64,000 nt of DNA. Source: Macrostomum lignano (lineage: Eukaryota). Position 1 is the first letter of the stretch. Each line of letters starts with the position of its first letter. The notes below the pieces were generated by a model. That model saw only the letters and a program-made list of their open reading frames with translations. It was not told the origin of the DNA and ran no database searches. The DNA lies in NCBI GenBank assembly GCA_002269645.1, contig NIVC01000147.1, forward strand, positions 9,570 to 73,569, read 5' to 3'. Positions 46,011 through 60,490 of this stretch are shown piece after piece. A program made the position numbers and the translations under genes.

Positions 46011-46547
46011 CCTTTCTCAGAGAATCTATAGCGGTTCGCTGCATCTCGACTGTCTAATGACCTTGGGCATGATCGAATGACGTGCAGATCAAGTCGAATT
46101 CGCCGGATGTTACTCCTGAAATCTCACCATTCGGCATAGCTCCGTAGTTAAATAGAGGAGGCAGAACTTCTGCCACTGTAGTTGGCTCTGCGTCAGCCAT
46201 GGCGATTTCGTTTGCGTAAATGAAAGATGCAAGCAATCAAATCTGCTGTCTTTCTACTCAGCTCTCTTAAACCTTCTGTCTCCCTCTTTATGGGATCAAA
46301 AAACTACAGTGCATATTAATGTCGATGTGGGCCATAGACTAAAATTTATTTAAATTTCATTGTAGAAAGTGGGGGCTTTGCCCCAACACCCCCATTCTCA
46401 CTCTCCCCCTCCTCGACTCCTTCCGGCGCCAACTAATTAAAAATAAATCGATTTTTGTGTGCCAAACTCGTGGCAGAAGTTCTGTTTAATACTAAAAGTA
46501 GCTATTCGCTCCGACTCAACCTAAGGCGTTTAGGATTGTGATTTATA

Positions 46548-48697
46548 CTGTCTAACAAAAGTTCTTGTACGGTTGCTTCTGTTGCCTCTGGTATCCATAA
46601 TTTCCATCCGTTTCAAATGAAAATTAGTGCAAATGAAAGCTGGGAATCTCTGCAACATTTTCTGTTTCACCGTATTTTTTTATTCTGGAGTGGCTCGGAA
46701 CAGCTTGCCGTTTAGCACAGACAGATCGAATAAAAAAAGTGACAGAATGACATAGAGCAAGCAGTCTATGGCCAACTTAGCTGTCTAGGCCTTATTTTTT
46801 CGTCACTAAATGTCTAGAAAACCACTTAATCGATCTTTTCCTTGTTGTCTCGCTATTAATTAAGGTAAAATGCGTCCTCTCGAAGCGAAACAATTCTCCA
46901 ACGAATTTCTTGGCTCACAACAGGCATGTCTCTCAGAAAGGACAAGTTAAGTCATGGAACTTTGCGAGGAACCACAGGGTTATACAGTGTGCGACAGTTT
47001 AGGCCATAGACATGTCGCCTGGGTGAAGAAGTAAAGCAAACCCCACACACAGAGCGATCGATCGACAGAAGGCTTCCTAGACACTGTGGAGTTTGTCAAC
47101 GCGTAAAGAAAGTTGGCCATGCCATAAAGAAATTGCCTGCCATAAAATGCACAATTGGCATTATATCCTGGCCCATAGTACATAAACAATGTCTTAAATT
47201 AACTGATAGTATGTAATTCATGATGGCATTGCCATAGACAAATAAAAAAATAAGAAGCTAGACCTAATATAGTAGGGATAAAAATATCATAGGAGCCTAA
47301 AAATCTGGCTTTATTTAGGCCATTTTAGACTTTTCAAATCACAGGATTTATGACCTAAGCTAGATATCATTCCTACAGTTAAGTTATGGTAACTCCTATT
47401 GCAATCCTATACTTTTCAACATTTTATCATGAAAATATGCTTTTTGTAGATAAATTGTTTAGTAAAATTTCCATTTAAGAATCTTGAGCTAAGTCCAGGA
47501 TTTGGGACGCGACAAGAAATTCTTCTCCTCGGATTTATTCACTTTTAACTCCTAGATAACTATTTGATGGCCATTCTGAAAATAGCTGGTGAATTGCCAT
47601 CGTAATATGTCTAATTATCATTAATGAAAACATATTTCATACGCCTATTCATAAATTGTAAGCAAATCTTCATTAAACCCAAAAAAGCAAGTTTACATTG
47701 CATTACAGTGTAGCTATAGTTCAATTAGTTACGGCTTAACTGTAATACTAAGTATGTCTCTGGAATTTTTGCCGAAACATCTAAATGCTTCCAAAGAACG
47801 TGTAATAAAAATAATAACTAAGAAGCTAAATGAATTGCCACGTTAAAAAGAGCTAGACACTGTTTACAATTGACTTGACCTGCACGGGAGCAATATATTC
47901 AAATGAATGGCAAAAAATGAGCAATAATTACGCCTTAAGTAAATTCTAAAGCAGTTAATTATTTATTTATATTTTTACTAACGAAGCTATGTTCTTTTAT
48001 CTGGTAAATTACTCATATATATAATTGTTAAAATCCAGTACTTCGAATTTTCCGTACCTATAACGCATGCACTTCATGGTCGTCTCGAAGGAGAATAAAT
48101 CCATAAAAGTCAAATCACCTACTCAACGAGGAAACTAATTCAGTAAAAACACAATTAGTATGTGTAAAAAGCACATTACACCACTTTGGTGGATCAAAAG
48201 TGCTGTATGATTGCGTTGTTTTTGTTTATTGCAAAAGAGTCACTTTTTCAGTGTAAATTATTCATCTATATTTATGCGGGGTTTTTTTTAATCATATTGA
48301 ATTCATTAGCGTAGGTAAATTCTGCTTAATTGATTAAAACTTTTAATCGGTTAACGGCGCGGCACCCCGAGGTTCTACCGAGTTCGGGCCGACGTCGGCT
48401 GGCCGACTTTAGTATGGCCGATCGAATGCCGAGTGGCCGACGTCGGCCCGAGCTCGGACCGAGCTCGGCTTTGCCACTGGGTGCTTGCTCTATGTCATTC
48501 TGTCACTTTTTTTATTCGATCTGTCTGTGCTAAACGGCAAGCTGTTCCGAGCCACTCCAGAATAAAAAAATACGGTGAAACAGAAAATGTTGCAGAGATT
48601 CCTAGCTTTCATTTGCACTAATTTTCATTTGAAACGGATGGAAATTATGGATACCAGAGGCAACAGAAGCAACCGTACAAGAACTTTTGTTAGACAG
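46548..48697. mobile_element. Inverted repeat pair of about 216 bp (46548-46763 and 48482-48697); possible non-autonomous TA-targeting TIR element
   Basis: The arms are nearly identical in inverted orientation and flanked TA|CTGTC...GACAG|TA. The interior is AT-rich with no recognisable ORF. Confidence 0.6.
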
Positions 48698-49927
48698 TAT
48701 AAGTGAGAAAGTTTAACCTGTAAGTTAAATAATTAACGTTTTTTTTTCTTTTTCGCAATGCCAACTGAGATGAGTGGCTAGACCTAGAGGCAGGGGTCAC
48801 AGTGAACCGGAAGCGACACAGTTCCCAGTCAATCAGTCGATCTAAGCAATCATGATAAACATGCAAACTAAGTGCCAGACCGGTGCTTTCGCGCAGTCTC
48901 AGGCAGCTAAGCGGCTAAAACGAGTTAATTGTTAGGCTAAGGGTCTCCAAAGGTGACAATACACCAACATCATCGCTATTGTCGATGTGTTAACACATTT
49001 AGTGCCAAAGGCGTGCAGTTACGTGTACTTGTACATGTACTTCTGGGAATTTGGTAATGAGGTAGTACATTTGGCAGTGTATAAAGGCTCGCCAGCGCAA
49101 GAACCCCCTGCAAAAGTCCTCTCTGTCCCTGCATGGCCAATGCGATCTTAGTCCCAGCAGCGTCCCTTCTATTCGGCTATGACTTCGAGATAGACAGCTA
49201 AAAGACACTAGGTGGCAGGTAAGTGCAGTGCCCCTCTAGTCGGAAGTCCGATTTCAATAGCTCCGGTTTGGTCAGCCGGGGCGCACGGACTGGTGGCAGC
49301 GGGTTAGTTAATCGGTGGATTAGCTAATCTCTACCTTTCAAACTCTCCCTGCTTGTCTCTCGCTGTCTTCTCTTAGCTATAGGACCTAGCTGCTCGCCCA
49401 CAATCTAGCTACCATGGGGCTGACCATCTGACAGAAGTGAGAGGTCGAGTTCTAAGAGATTCATTTCTGAGTTCTCAGGCCCGAAGCTACAGGCTTAAAA
49501 GGCCGAACCCATAATTTAATAAAATAATAAGCTACTGAATATCAAGAGATTCTTGGGTTTTGAAAAGTTAAAAATCAAATTTTCTTGATGACAGAAAGGT
49601 TCAAGAATTACAAAATGGAAGAAAGCTTGGACCAGAACCCAGCACTGCAAGTTTGACAAAAGGATGAGAGTAAGAGCCAACAGAGGGCTTCCCATTGGCT
49701 GCAGATTGGCTCTCCAGCTTAAACTCTTCCACCTGCTACCTGCATTTGTACGCTAGTGTATATTATTTTCCATCTATAATCCTGTTTATTAGCTTCAATA
49801 TTTTGCCAGTTCTGAGACACCAAACTTTACAGCCCTATCGTTTCTATTGAAAAGCTTGCATGGCCGTAGCGGTGAGTTGTCGCACATTGTTTTGAGGTCT
49901 GACTGCGTAGTCCATAATTACGAGCAA

Positions 49928-50212
49928 ATATAATTAATATAATTAATTAATCTCAATGGGCAGATGTGCAACCGACAGCTCAGCCGCAGCTATTGCACGG
50001 CGCATCTGAAGGCTGCGTACGGCTGTTCATTCCAAGGACTGGGGGGTCGCCACACACACCCTCAATTACCCCAGCTAATGCTGGCACCCATATAAAAGCT
50101 GAGTGAACTGAAGCAATGCAGAGTTGGGTGTCTTGCTCAATGGCACAGTTTGTTCCGAGTTAGGTCGAGAATCGAACCCCTGACTGACCTTTCAGTTTCT
50201 AGTGTGGTCAAC
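49928..50212 (-). mobile_element. tRNA-derived SINE, copy 2
   Basis: Reverse-complement copy with a B-box-like GGTTCGATTCTC at 50178-50167. Confidence 0.8.
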
Positions 50213-50533
50213 TAAGTAGTATATATTAGATGGAAGGGGCGCAAAACTCGGTTCTAGTTATTTTCTAGTTTTTTGCTTCCTTTCCGCTTTCTACTGCGTT
50301 CAGTTTGGTGCATTGCACAGAGTCTAGCAGAGTTCCATTCACCATAGAGAGAAAACTGAAATCACCAGGCAATTCGTTTTTTTCGATGTTCGGGCATCAG
50401 GGTCGAAACTTCATAGCTCAGTGCTGAAGCATACAAGAAACTGCAAATTTCTATGGGGATGGCCATTCTTTCTCCTCGTTGTTCAGTTTAGAACCGTAGA
50501 CAAATTTTCATGGTCTTAATTTATAGGCTTAGA

Positions 50534-52080
<1,547 letters not shown>

Positions 52081-52531
52081 TACAGACAACTCATTTTTTT
52101 GTATATACGAAGATTCACCGTAATAGGAAAGAGAATTTCTAGAATTAATTTTAATTTCTAAAAAGTTTTTTTCCTACCGCTTTATAAACATGCTCAACTA
52201 TGCGCCTGGAGAAATGGCTTCCGCTACGTCGACCGAAGAGCTGGCCTGGATTTCTCGACATTCCAGACAGACGTATCTTTTTTTAAGCTACATTGTATGC
52301 GTCTGTGTTTCTGTGTTGCCTAACTCAGAGTAGAGGAGAGGAGAGGAGAGGCGAGGAGAGGAGAGGAGAGTACTATTTAAGGCTAGCTGGTTAAATTATT
52401 TTCGATCTAATGGCTTTTCTCAAGGGACCAGAAAAAGTAATGAGCAGCAAATCAGAATAATTCTGACACGGCTCTTACCTGTAAATCTAAGTAAAAGCAT
52501 CGTTTTTCCTACTCAGTGTTGGCTCCGCGGC

Positions 52532-53897
52532 ATGGGAAAGCCACCACGACGAGTCATAGCGACCGCCGGGTTTGCACTGCTGCTACTGCTGCTCTGTACC
52601 TGGTCTTTGAGTGACATTAAAGACAAGGCGACAATCAACAAAAACTTTTTCAAGGACCCGGTCGATTTGGAGTCCATCGGGCACTTCGTGTACAGCGCCT
52701 ACTTCGACACCAGACCGACGCTCAATGGTCGCAAGTACGTCCGCGTGATCACTGTGCTCGATACGAAGGCCTACGAGAAGGAGCTCATCTGCCAGTTCAT
52801 GCACCAGTCCGGTCACCTCTCCTTCAGCACAGTCGCCAAGAGGTCTGCTATCGGCGCTGGCATGGGTCACAAGCAGCACTATTACAAGGAGTTCGTGCTG
52901 TCTTGCCCCGTCGCAGATGACCTCCGCTTTGCTGCCTTCGTCTTCATTCAAACTGGCGACGCCTCTCTGAGATCGCAGGTGATGCGAGTGAGACACAACC
53001 CTCTGTCTCTGGGTCAGAGTCCAAACAACCCTCGTCAGATCATCAACTGCGTGTCGGTGACCTTTGGCAAGCCGGATGAGTACAGACTGATCGAGTGGCT
53101 CGAGGCTCAGAGACTGCTCAAGATGGACAAAGTGCAGCTGCACTTTTATCACATGACGAACAAAAACTTTGAATCAGTAGCTCAAGCCTACAGTGCAGAA
53201 GGATTTGTGAATGTGAGAAAGCTCGGATGTCGGTTTTGTGAAGCCGGTCAGGAAGAGTGGCTGGGACTGCTGCTGATGTCTCCCGCCATCAACCAGTGCT
53301 TCTATGAGGTAATAGACACGTCATGGTGGACAGTTTTCAGATTCGTGGCGTCACTCGTCCTTCCTTATCGAATTGCAGAACCTCGGCCGCTACACGTACA
53401 CGGCGGTGTTCGACCTGGACGAGATCATCGTGCCACAGCAGCACCCGGACTATCCCACTCTGCTGAGCGCGCTGGAGAAACGAGCGAACTCGAGCTCGTT
53501 CGCCTTCAGGAACTGGTACCACTTCAGCGAGCTCGGAGAGGACTCCTCGGTGGACCCCAGGATGTACATGCTCCGGCACCCGTACAGCACGAAACAGGAG
53601 AGCCCGCCTGACTATTCTATCAAGTCGATTCACAAATCCTGCTGTGTGGTGGCCTTGCACAACCATTTCAGCTGGGAGGACGTCCCCAAGCCAAACACGA
53701 AACGATCCCGCTACAACGCAGAAGTCCAAATCGGCGTCAATGAGCACTACAAGCGCTGTCACTTAGATAAGGAAGCTTGCAAGGAGATGACGGATGTCAA
53801 GCATAATAAGGACGGCTTCAGACTCCGTCAGCTGTTGGGCAAGGAGCTTACGGCAGCTTTTCGCGGCAAAGTAAAGCAAATATTTGGCGCAAGTTAA
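52532..53897 (+). CDS. Glycosyltransferase family 92 (DUF23) type II membrane protein, copy A; exons 52532-53308 and 53379-53897 (431 aa)
   Basis: N-terminal TM segment, FVYSAYFD, LIEWLEAQRLL, and NQCFYE|NLGRYTYTAVFDLDEIIVP (DxDE). The intron is 70 bp, phase 0. Confidence 0.88.
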
Positions 53898-54852
53898 GGC
53901 TGATGCAGCGTCCTAAGCCAGCACTGTGGAATTTAGCAATTTCAAGCGATTTATAGAGCGCATTTGCTCCTGTTCCACGTTGTGTTTGTACCGTTGCAGT
54001 GCAAGTGCATCCCTCCCTGAGTCATCCCCATGCGTCTCGTCCCCACTTTGATGTCTGCGTGAATTACCCTGTGTGACACACCTCAATGTATGCAAGGTGT
54101 GTCTCAGCCAGTTAGCTTAAGCCCTAGTTTTCTATTTTATCGTTTAACCCTCCGTTAATTATCCCCTTGTTTGTTGTGCGATGATTGGCTGCAGCCAGGC
54201 CATCTCTTGCAGTACATTTCTGTAACTCTGCGCTGTGATTGGCTAATGGGGCTCTGAGCCAGCCTTTCCCCTTGCGTACTGTGGCTAATTTATTTTAGCG
54301 CAGCGTCGCTTGCCCCGCCTCTCGCGCGCTCGGGCTTGAGATACGTCGTATTGTTTCACTACCTAGCTGTACAGCTGGAGCTGCCAGCCGTAAACACGGT
54401 CCCTTACTGCGAACGCCCAACGTACTTAATAGTCCGTGTAGTTCGGTTCCAGACATACCACATTACGGAATTATCTCAAATATAAATCGGTTGAGACGGC
54501 AGGCCGCGAGTTTTAAGGACTTATGCCAACTCATCGTTGCCAACGAAGTAAGTGCTTTGTTCTGTCTTCTTTCATTCGGTTGCCAGAGGCTGCCAGAGGT
54601 CTGGTCCAGGTCCAGGTTGACATACATCTACTGTATGCTCGTATTGCATCCTCTGCCTCTTGCCTGCGGCCGTCCTGACACCTTGCTGAAGGCAGCCTGC
54701 ACCACCTGACGCCCCAGACTCAGTGAGATTGTGAGCTGTGAGCTCTCGCGCCGTGCGCACGACAGCAAGAACTCGTGTACTTGAGTACTGCACTCTGTAT
54801 GACCCACCTTTCGAGTACTGGCTTACTGCCTAGACAGGGAATTCAGAGATGC

Positions 54853-54954
54853 ATAATAATAATAAATAATAATTGATTACACCTGCCTTAATAGGCAGAT
54901 GTGCGACCGACAGCTCAGCTGCAGCTATTGTGCGGCGCATCTGAAGGCTGCGTA
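54853..54954 (-). mobile_element. SINE 3' fragment, copy 4
   Basis: The last roughly 100 bp plus tail match copies 1-3. Confidence 0.75.
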
Positions 54955-55621
54955 GGGCTCAATGCGAAAAGAGAAGCCGGCTCCGTTTTTCAACTGCACA
55001 ATTCCGAACACCCAAGCACGGATGACATCGTTGGCGACCTTATTCACCCGGTTGCGATTTTATCACTGGTGCAAAGTTCAGCGGTCAGCATTGCGTGTCT
55101 CCAAACGGAAAATGGCAGTATCCGCTGCTACCGCTGCTCAACGTAAACTGAGACGGTTGGGTCCCAGTTTGGAACAGGCACAGATACTAGAATAACTAGA
55201 TGGGCCACTCAGGCATATATACTTGACAAAACAGCTTTCTACTTTTAGTTCAGTAGCAATGAAGAATACATAAGCTATTTTATAACAATAAAGGCAGCTG
55301 AGATGACTTTGATAAATTTAGAAGCTTTCAGACCTAAACAGCTTGCTAATTGGTTCAGGCATAATGTACATTAGCCACTGAAATGTACATGGCAGATTTA
55401 GGCTGGAACAAGCGAGGAAGGCAATAAAAATTGGGTGGCGGGGCAGGGGTTGAGGTTCTGTGTGGAGTTTGAGGGCTTAATTAAGCTTGGTGGGGAAGAG
55501 CCAATAAATGAGCCTTGTCTTTAAAAATAGATTAAAATGCTTCAGCTTAACTTACTACTCAACTTAAGTAGCTTGCACGCAAATGTGCTGAATGACCCAT
55601 CGAGTTATTCTAGTATCTGTG

Positions 55622-55820
55622 TTCACCCAGCTGTACGAGTAAACTGGGTGCCAGCATTAGCTGGGGTAATTGAGGGTGTGTGTGGCGACCCCCCCCCCCC
55701 AGTCCTTGGACTGAACAGCCGTACGCAGCCTTCAGATGCACCGCGCCAAAGCTGCGGCTGAGCTGTCGGTTGCACATCTGCCCACTAGGGCAGGTGATAA
55801 TACTGTAAATTATTATTATT
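55622..55820 (+). mobile_element. SINE, 5'-truncated copy 3
   Basis: TTCACCCAGCTGT..GGGTGCCAGCATTAGCTGGGG..GCACATCTGCCCACTAGGGCAG..(ATT)n. Confidence 0.8.
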
Positions 55821-56243
55821 AAATTAGTTTGATGATTCTAAGCATTTTGTTCACAGCGAATGAACACATACATACTCATTTCACATCCCTATTTGTTGGT
55901 TAACGAACAAAACAGTGCATTTCAGTTTTCCCTAGCGATGTCATTCCGTAAAACATCAAAGTAGGCCGCATGTTAGAACAACTGGCTATTATCGTCTGAA
56001 GTGCTTTTTGTCTGATTTTTTGGCTTTAATTGCTGAAAATCAGACTCATCTACGAGTAGTGTGAGCATCGCAGTATAAATATTTGAGACAGTAGAATTTC
56101 TAGATCTAATTACTTACAGTAATCAATGCTTGAAAATGCGTCAAAATTATTGAAAAAGTCAAGCATCACCGAACAAACTGCTATATGAATTGTATTCACT
56201 AGTAGACTACACCTATGGAAACAACGTTGTGCACTGAGACTAA

Positions 56244-56459
56244 TCAATACTAGGGGTGGAAAGCGAATGACGTTGGCGGTCGATCCATTAATAACTTAGT
56301 CCTCAAACCAAAAAGCATTACTTGGATAGGTCTTACTACTAGGTCATTACTTCTATTGCCTGTGGTAAAAACAAATCCGAGTAATGGTTTCCGAGGACTA
56401 AGTTATTAATAGATCGGCCTATAACTATTGTAGTTGTAGTTTTCCGTCCCTAGTATTGA
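56244..56459. repeat. Hairpin-forming MITE-like element of about 215 bp
   Basis: Terminal TCAATACTAGGG/CCCTAGTATTGA and internal ATTAATAACTTAGTCCTC/GAGGACTAAGTTATTAAT inverted pairs. No clear TSD. Confidence 0.7.
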
Positions 56460-56608
56460 ATGGTTCCTGGCTTTACTATATGAGAATGTGCATATAAGAA
56501 TATAGTTGGAATTCAGCTGACAGAACCAAGAAAATTTAGTTGTAAGCATCAAGCAGTATATGAAGTTTGCAAAAAAACTAGAGATAGTAACTCCTTCGGG
56601 TACTCAAG

Positions 56609-59188
56609 TCACCCAAAAATCTGCTTCACTCTGCTACGAAATGACTCCGTGAGCACCTTGCCGAGCAGTTGACGAAGCCGCAATCCGTCTTTTCTGTCTT
56701 TCACGTCAGTCATCTCCTTGCAAGTTTTCTCGTCAAAATGGCACTTCTTGTAGTGCTCATTGAGTCCCAGATCGATAGGCACTGGGAGATGACCGCTTTG
56801 GGTGTTCGGCTTGGGGACGTCCTCCCAGCTGAAATGGTTGTGCAAGGCCACCACACAGCAGGATTTGTGAATCGACTTGATAGAATAGCCAAGCGGGCTC
56901 TCCTGTTTCGTGCTGTACGGGTGCCGGAGCATGTACATCCTGGGGTCCACCGAGGAGTCCTCTCCGAGCTCGCTGAAGTGGTACCAGTTCCTGAAGGCGA
57001 ACGAGCTCGAGTTCGCTCGTTTCTCCAGCGCGCTCAGCAGAGTGGGATAGTCCGAGTGCTGCTGTGGCACGATGATCTCGTCCAGGTCGAACACCGCCGT
57101 GTACGTGTAGCGGCCGAGGTTCTGCAATTCGATAAGGAAGGACGAGTGACACCACGAATCTGAAAACTGTCCACCATGACGTGTCTATTACCTCATAGAA
57201 GCACTGGTTGATGGCGGGAGACATCAGCAGCAGCCCCAGCGACTCTTCCTGACCGGCTTCACAAAACGGACATCCGAGCTTTCTCACATCCACAAATCCT
57301 TCTGCACTGTAGGCTTGAGCTACTGATTCAAAATTTTTGTTCGTCATGTGATGAAAGTGCAGCTGCACTTTGTCCATCTTGAGCAGTCTCTGAGCCTCGA
57401 GCCACTCGATCAGTCTGTACTCATCCGGCTTGCCAAAGGTCACCGACACGCAGTTGATGATCTGACGAGGGTTGTTTGGACTCTGACCCAGAGACAGAGG
57501 GTTGTGTCTCACTCGCATCACCTGCGATCTCAGAGAGGCGTCGCCAGTTTGAATGAAGACGAAGGTAGCAGAGCTGAGGTCATCTGCGACGGGGCAAGAC
57601 AGCACGAACTCTTTGTAATAGTGCTGCTTGTGACCCATGCCAGCGCCGATAGCAGACCTCTTGGCGACTGTGCTGAAGGAGAGGTGACCGGACTGGTGCA
57701 TGAACTGGCAGGTGAGCTCCTTCTCGTAGGCCTTCCTATCGAGCACAGTGATCACGCGGACGTACTTGCGACCGTTGAGCGTCGGTCTGGTGTCAAAGTA
57801 GGCGCTGTACACGAAGTGCCCGATGGACTCCAGATCGATCTGGTCGCGGCGCAGCTGCTGCTGTATGACTTCGCTAGCAGTTTGTTTAAGCTCTGCTGCA
57901 TGTGGCATGGTTGCTGGTATTCTGAACTTGTCATTGCCTGCAAGTTTGTGCGTGCTTCTTAGAAACAGAATGGTCAGCAGCAGCAAACCGACTCCGAGCA
58001 GTATGACTGTAGTGAAGCTTTTGTGCCCGGTGAACTGCGGGTTTTATGTCAGCAACGGTTCAAGGTCAGTTCAAAGACTGCACTTGGGGAGCTGTTTTGA
58101 TTACCTGTTCTCAGCGAGATGAAGATGAAATCACTTATAGTTTGCCTGTACTCTTAATGATAGACTTCAGGACTGTTTCTACAGACAGTCCTGAAATCTA
58201 TGGCTGCAGGGACAGTATCTGAGTCTGGTTTCTGAGTCTTGCCAGTGCGAGAGGCTTGTCGGTTCCAGTGCAGTTAGGCTTTGAGAATTGGGCTTTGGGC
58301 TGCTGAGTAAACCATATGCTATATAAATTATTTGCCCATGTCCCCCCCCCCCCGAGACTTGTCTATGGCTTTAGCGATTGCAACAATCCCTTTAGACTTT
58401 GAGTTCAATAAGTTTTAGATATTGAAGCAGCGCATAGCAAATCAAACTTGCTGATGCAGATAAAGTGCGAGCACAAGCAGCGCTGAGTTGCTGCGTGCGA
58501 GGCTGTACAACAGACCCTACTTTCAGTATCCAGGGAAGTTCGCATTCATTAAAGCATTCTCGATTTTTTCTCTTTAAATTCGATATCTTCAGAATGTTAG
58601 ACATCATGTTAAAATAATTTCATTAGTATTTAACATTAAAATTAGTTCTAAAATGGCGCACAGACGAGTCGTGATGGGCTGGGGAGCGCGAAGGCTGCTT
58701 CTTCTACGCCGCCGCCCCTATGTGTACTTGCAGCCTTCCGCCACAGAAATTCATTAATTTGGAGTTTTATAAATACGTTTTATGTAGTCTATGGCCGGAC
58801 CCCATTGCCCAGCTGGCTTCATTGATTGTGGCCGGAAACAAAGACAGGGGAAGGGAAGTGTTTCTGTAGTCTATGGCCGGACCCATTGCCCAGCTGCTTC
58901 ATTGATTGTGGCCGGAAACAAAGGCAGGGGAAGGGAAGTGTTTCTGTAGTCTATGGCCGGACCCCATTGCCCAGCTGGCTTCATTGATTGTGGCCGCAAA
59001 TGGCTGAGGACTGGTTTATGGGCGAGGGCGAAGCCTATCGGGGAAGTAACGCGCCCTATGACAATAAATCGTATATTTCTCTCAACTCGAGAACGGAGAT
59101 ATCCAGCGAAATTGGTTTTTTAGGGTAGCTGCATGTTTTTTCTTCCTCTGAATTCAATATAAAGACAGAAACTTGCACTCACCAACAT
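56609..59188 (-). CDS. GT92 (DUF23) glycosyltransferase, copy B; exons 59188-59183 (ATG TTG, tentative), 58034-57192 and 57121-56609 (453 aa)
   Basis: Core nearly identical to copy A, including the 70-bp intron. The TM segment begins after the acceptor CCCGCAG| at 58035. An ATGTTG|GTGAGT at 59188 would supply an in-phase start. Confidence 0.82.
58783..58997. repeat. Unit of about 80-82 bp repeated 2.6 times (TGTAGTCTATGGCCGGACCCCATTGCCCAGCTG...)
   Basis: Copies start at 58783, 58865 and 58945. Confidence 0.9.
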
Positions 59189-60490
59189 TGTCACTGCGGT
59201 TGATATTGCTGCAACAGCTGCAGTGCTGGAATGGCGGGCTCGCACTCGCGGAGTAACCAACAGATATCGACTGGTCGACACAATAGACAGCTTGTTATGC
59301 AGCTCGCGACCCGAGCCAAGAAGTTCTAAAAAGCATTTATATGGCAAGGGAATAACCAGCCCAGTTCTTTCTTATACCACAACAAAATCTATCGAAAGCA
59401 ATGCGCTAATAATCATGTAATAATCTTCCGCATAAACGATTTTTGACTCTCGTGATGTGCATCGGATGGCATTAAAATCGACTTTCAAATTCTGATTAAA
59501 TATTGGACAACTGTGGTTTCGCCATCCAGACTCCAAGTGGAGTAGTCCATGACGGGCTATTGTCCGTTCCAGTGCTGGAGGAGGGGCGGTGACTGGGTGC
59601 GGGGCATCTTGACTGTCTTGCCTGACCCGAGCAGCCTGGGGATAATGAATAAGCTGTACAGGCGGCCATTGTTAATGCCTGGCTACTGTGCGCGTGGAGA
59701 CTAAATTCGAGCAGGCTTTTGTGCTAAAAAAGCAACAGAGCAGTTGTGCAGAAGCAGACACGTCGCGTAAACTCTTTGCTATTGAGGCGAGCTGGCTTTT
59801 CTGCGAGGCGAGTAACGAAAATGATGAAAATACGGCGTGTCTGTTATCCAATGAAATTGGCCAAACAGTGCACTGAAACAGAGGCACAAAACCTTAATAC
59901 TTGTTTACCTCAACGGCCAGATAAAGAACCCAGCTGGGATCAGAATGGGATGAGAGAAGAAAAGAGGAGAGAGGAGAGAGGGAAGTTAAGAGAGCTGAGA
60001 AGAGACACAAGGCTTGAGCCGGCCGGATCGATGTTGTGAAGTTTCAAAGACCGAGGGCGGATAGAGAGGCTTAGCGGGCCGCAGTTATGGTCTATTTCAT
60101 TGAATTTTTCGCTTTGTTGTTTACGCGAAGAGAATAATATTGGGGCAATTTTTCCCCCAAAGAGAATGCAGAGAATGCTGTACTGACCTTTTTTAGTACA
60201 GTTGGGAGGTGACGCACCACCCGAGAGGGAGCCGACCGTCCTTCACTGAATGGCCATCAGGAGGGGTCCAATACCTGGCGGCGGATCCTCTTTGGAAGGG
60301 CTTAGCGTTCTTGCGCTCTTCCCTAATTTAGAGCCGCGGGAGCAACAGACTGCGTTTCACTTTTCCCAGTCCTTGGCGCAGGGGAAGCCTATTAGTATCG
60401 ACCGTCTTAGCAAGACTAAAGCAGCTGCAAAATTTCTAGACTTCTACAGCAGCAGCAGCAGCAGTAGCAGCAGCAGGAGCAGCAAAAGCA

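Noticed and set aside
58161-58200. Small hairpin TTCAGGACTGT..ACAGTCCTGAA resembling a terminator
   Set aside because: Eukaryotic intronic context, no U-tract, and no supporting function.
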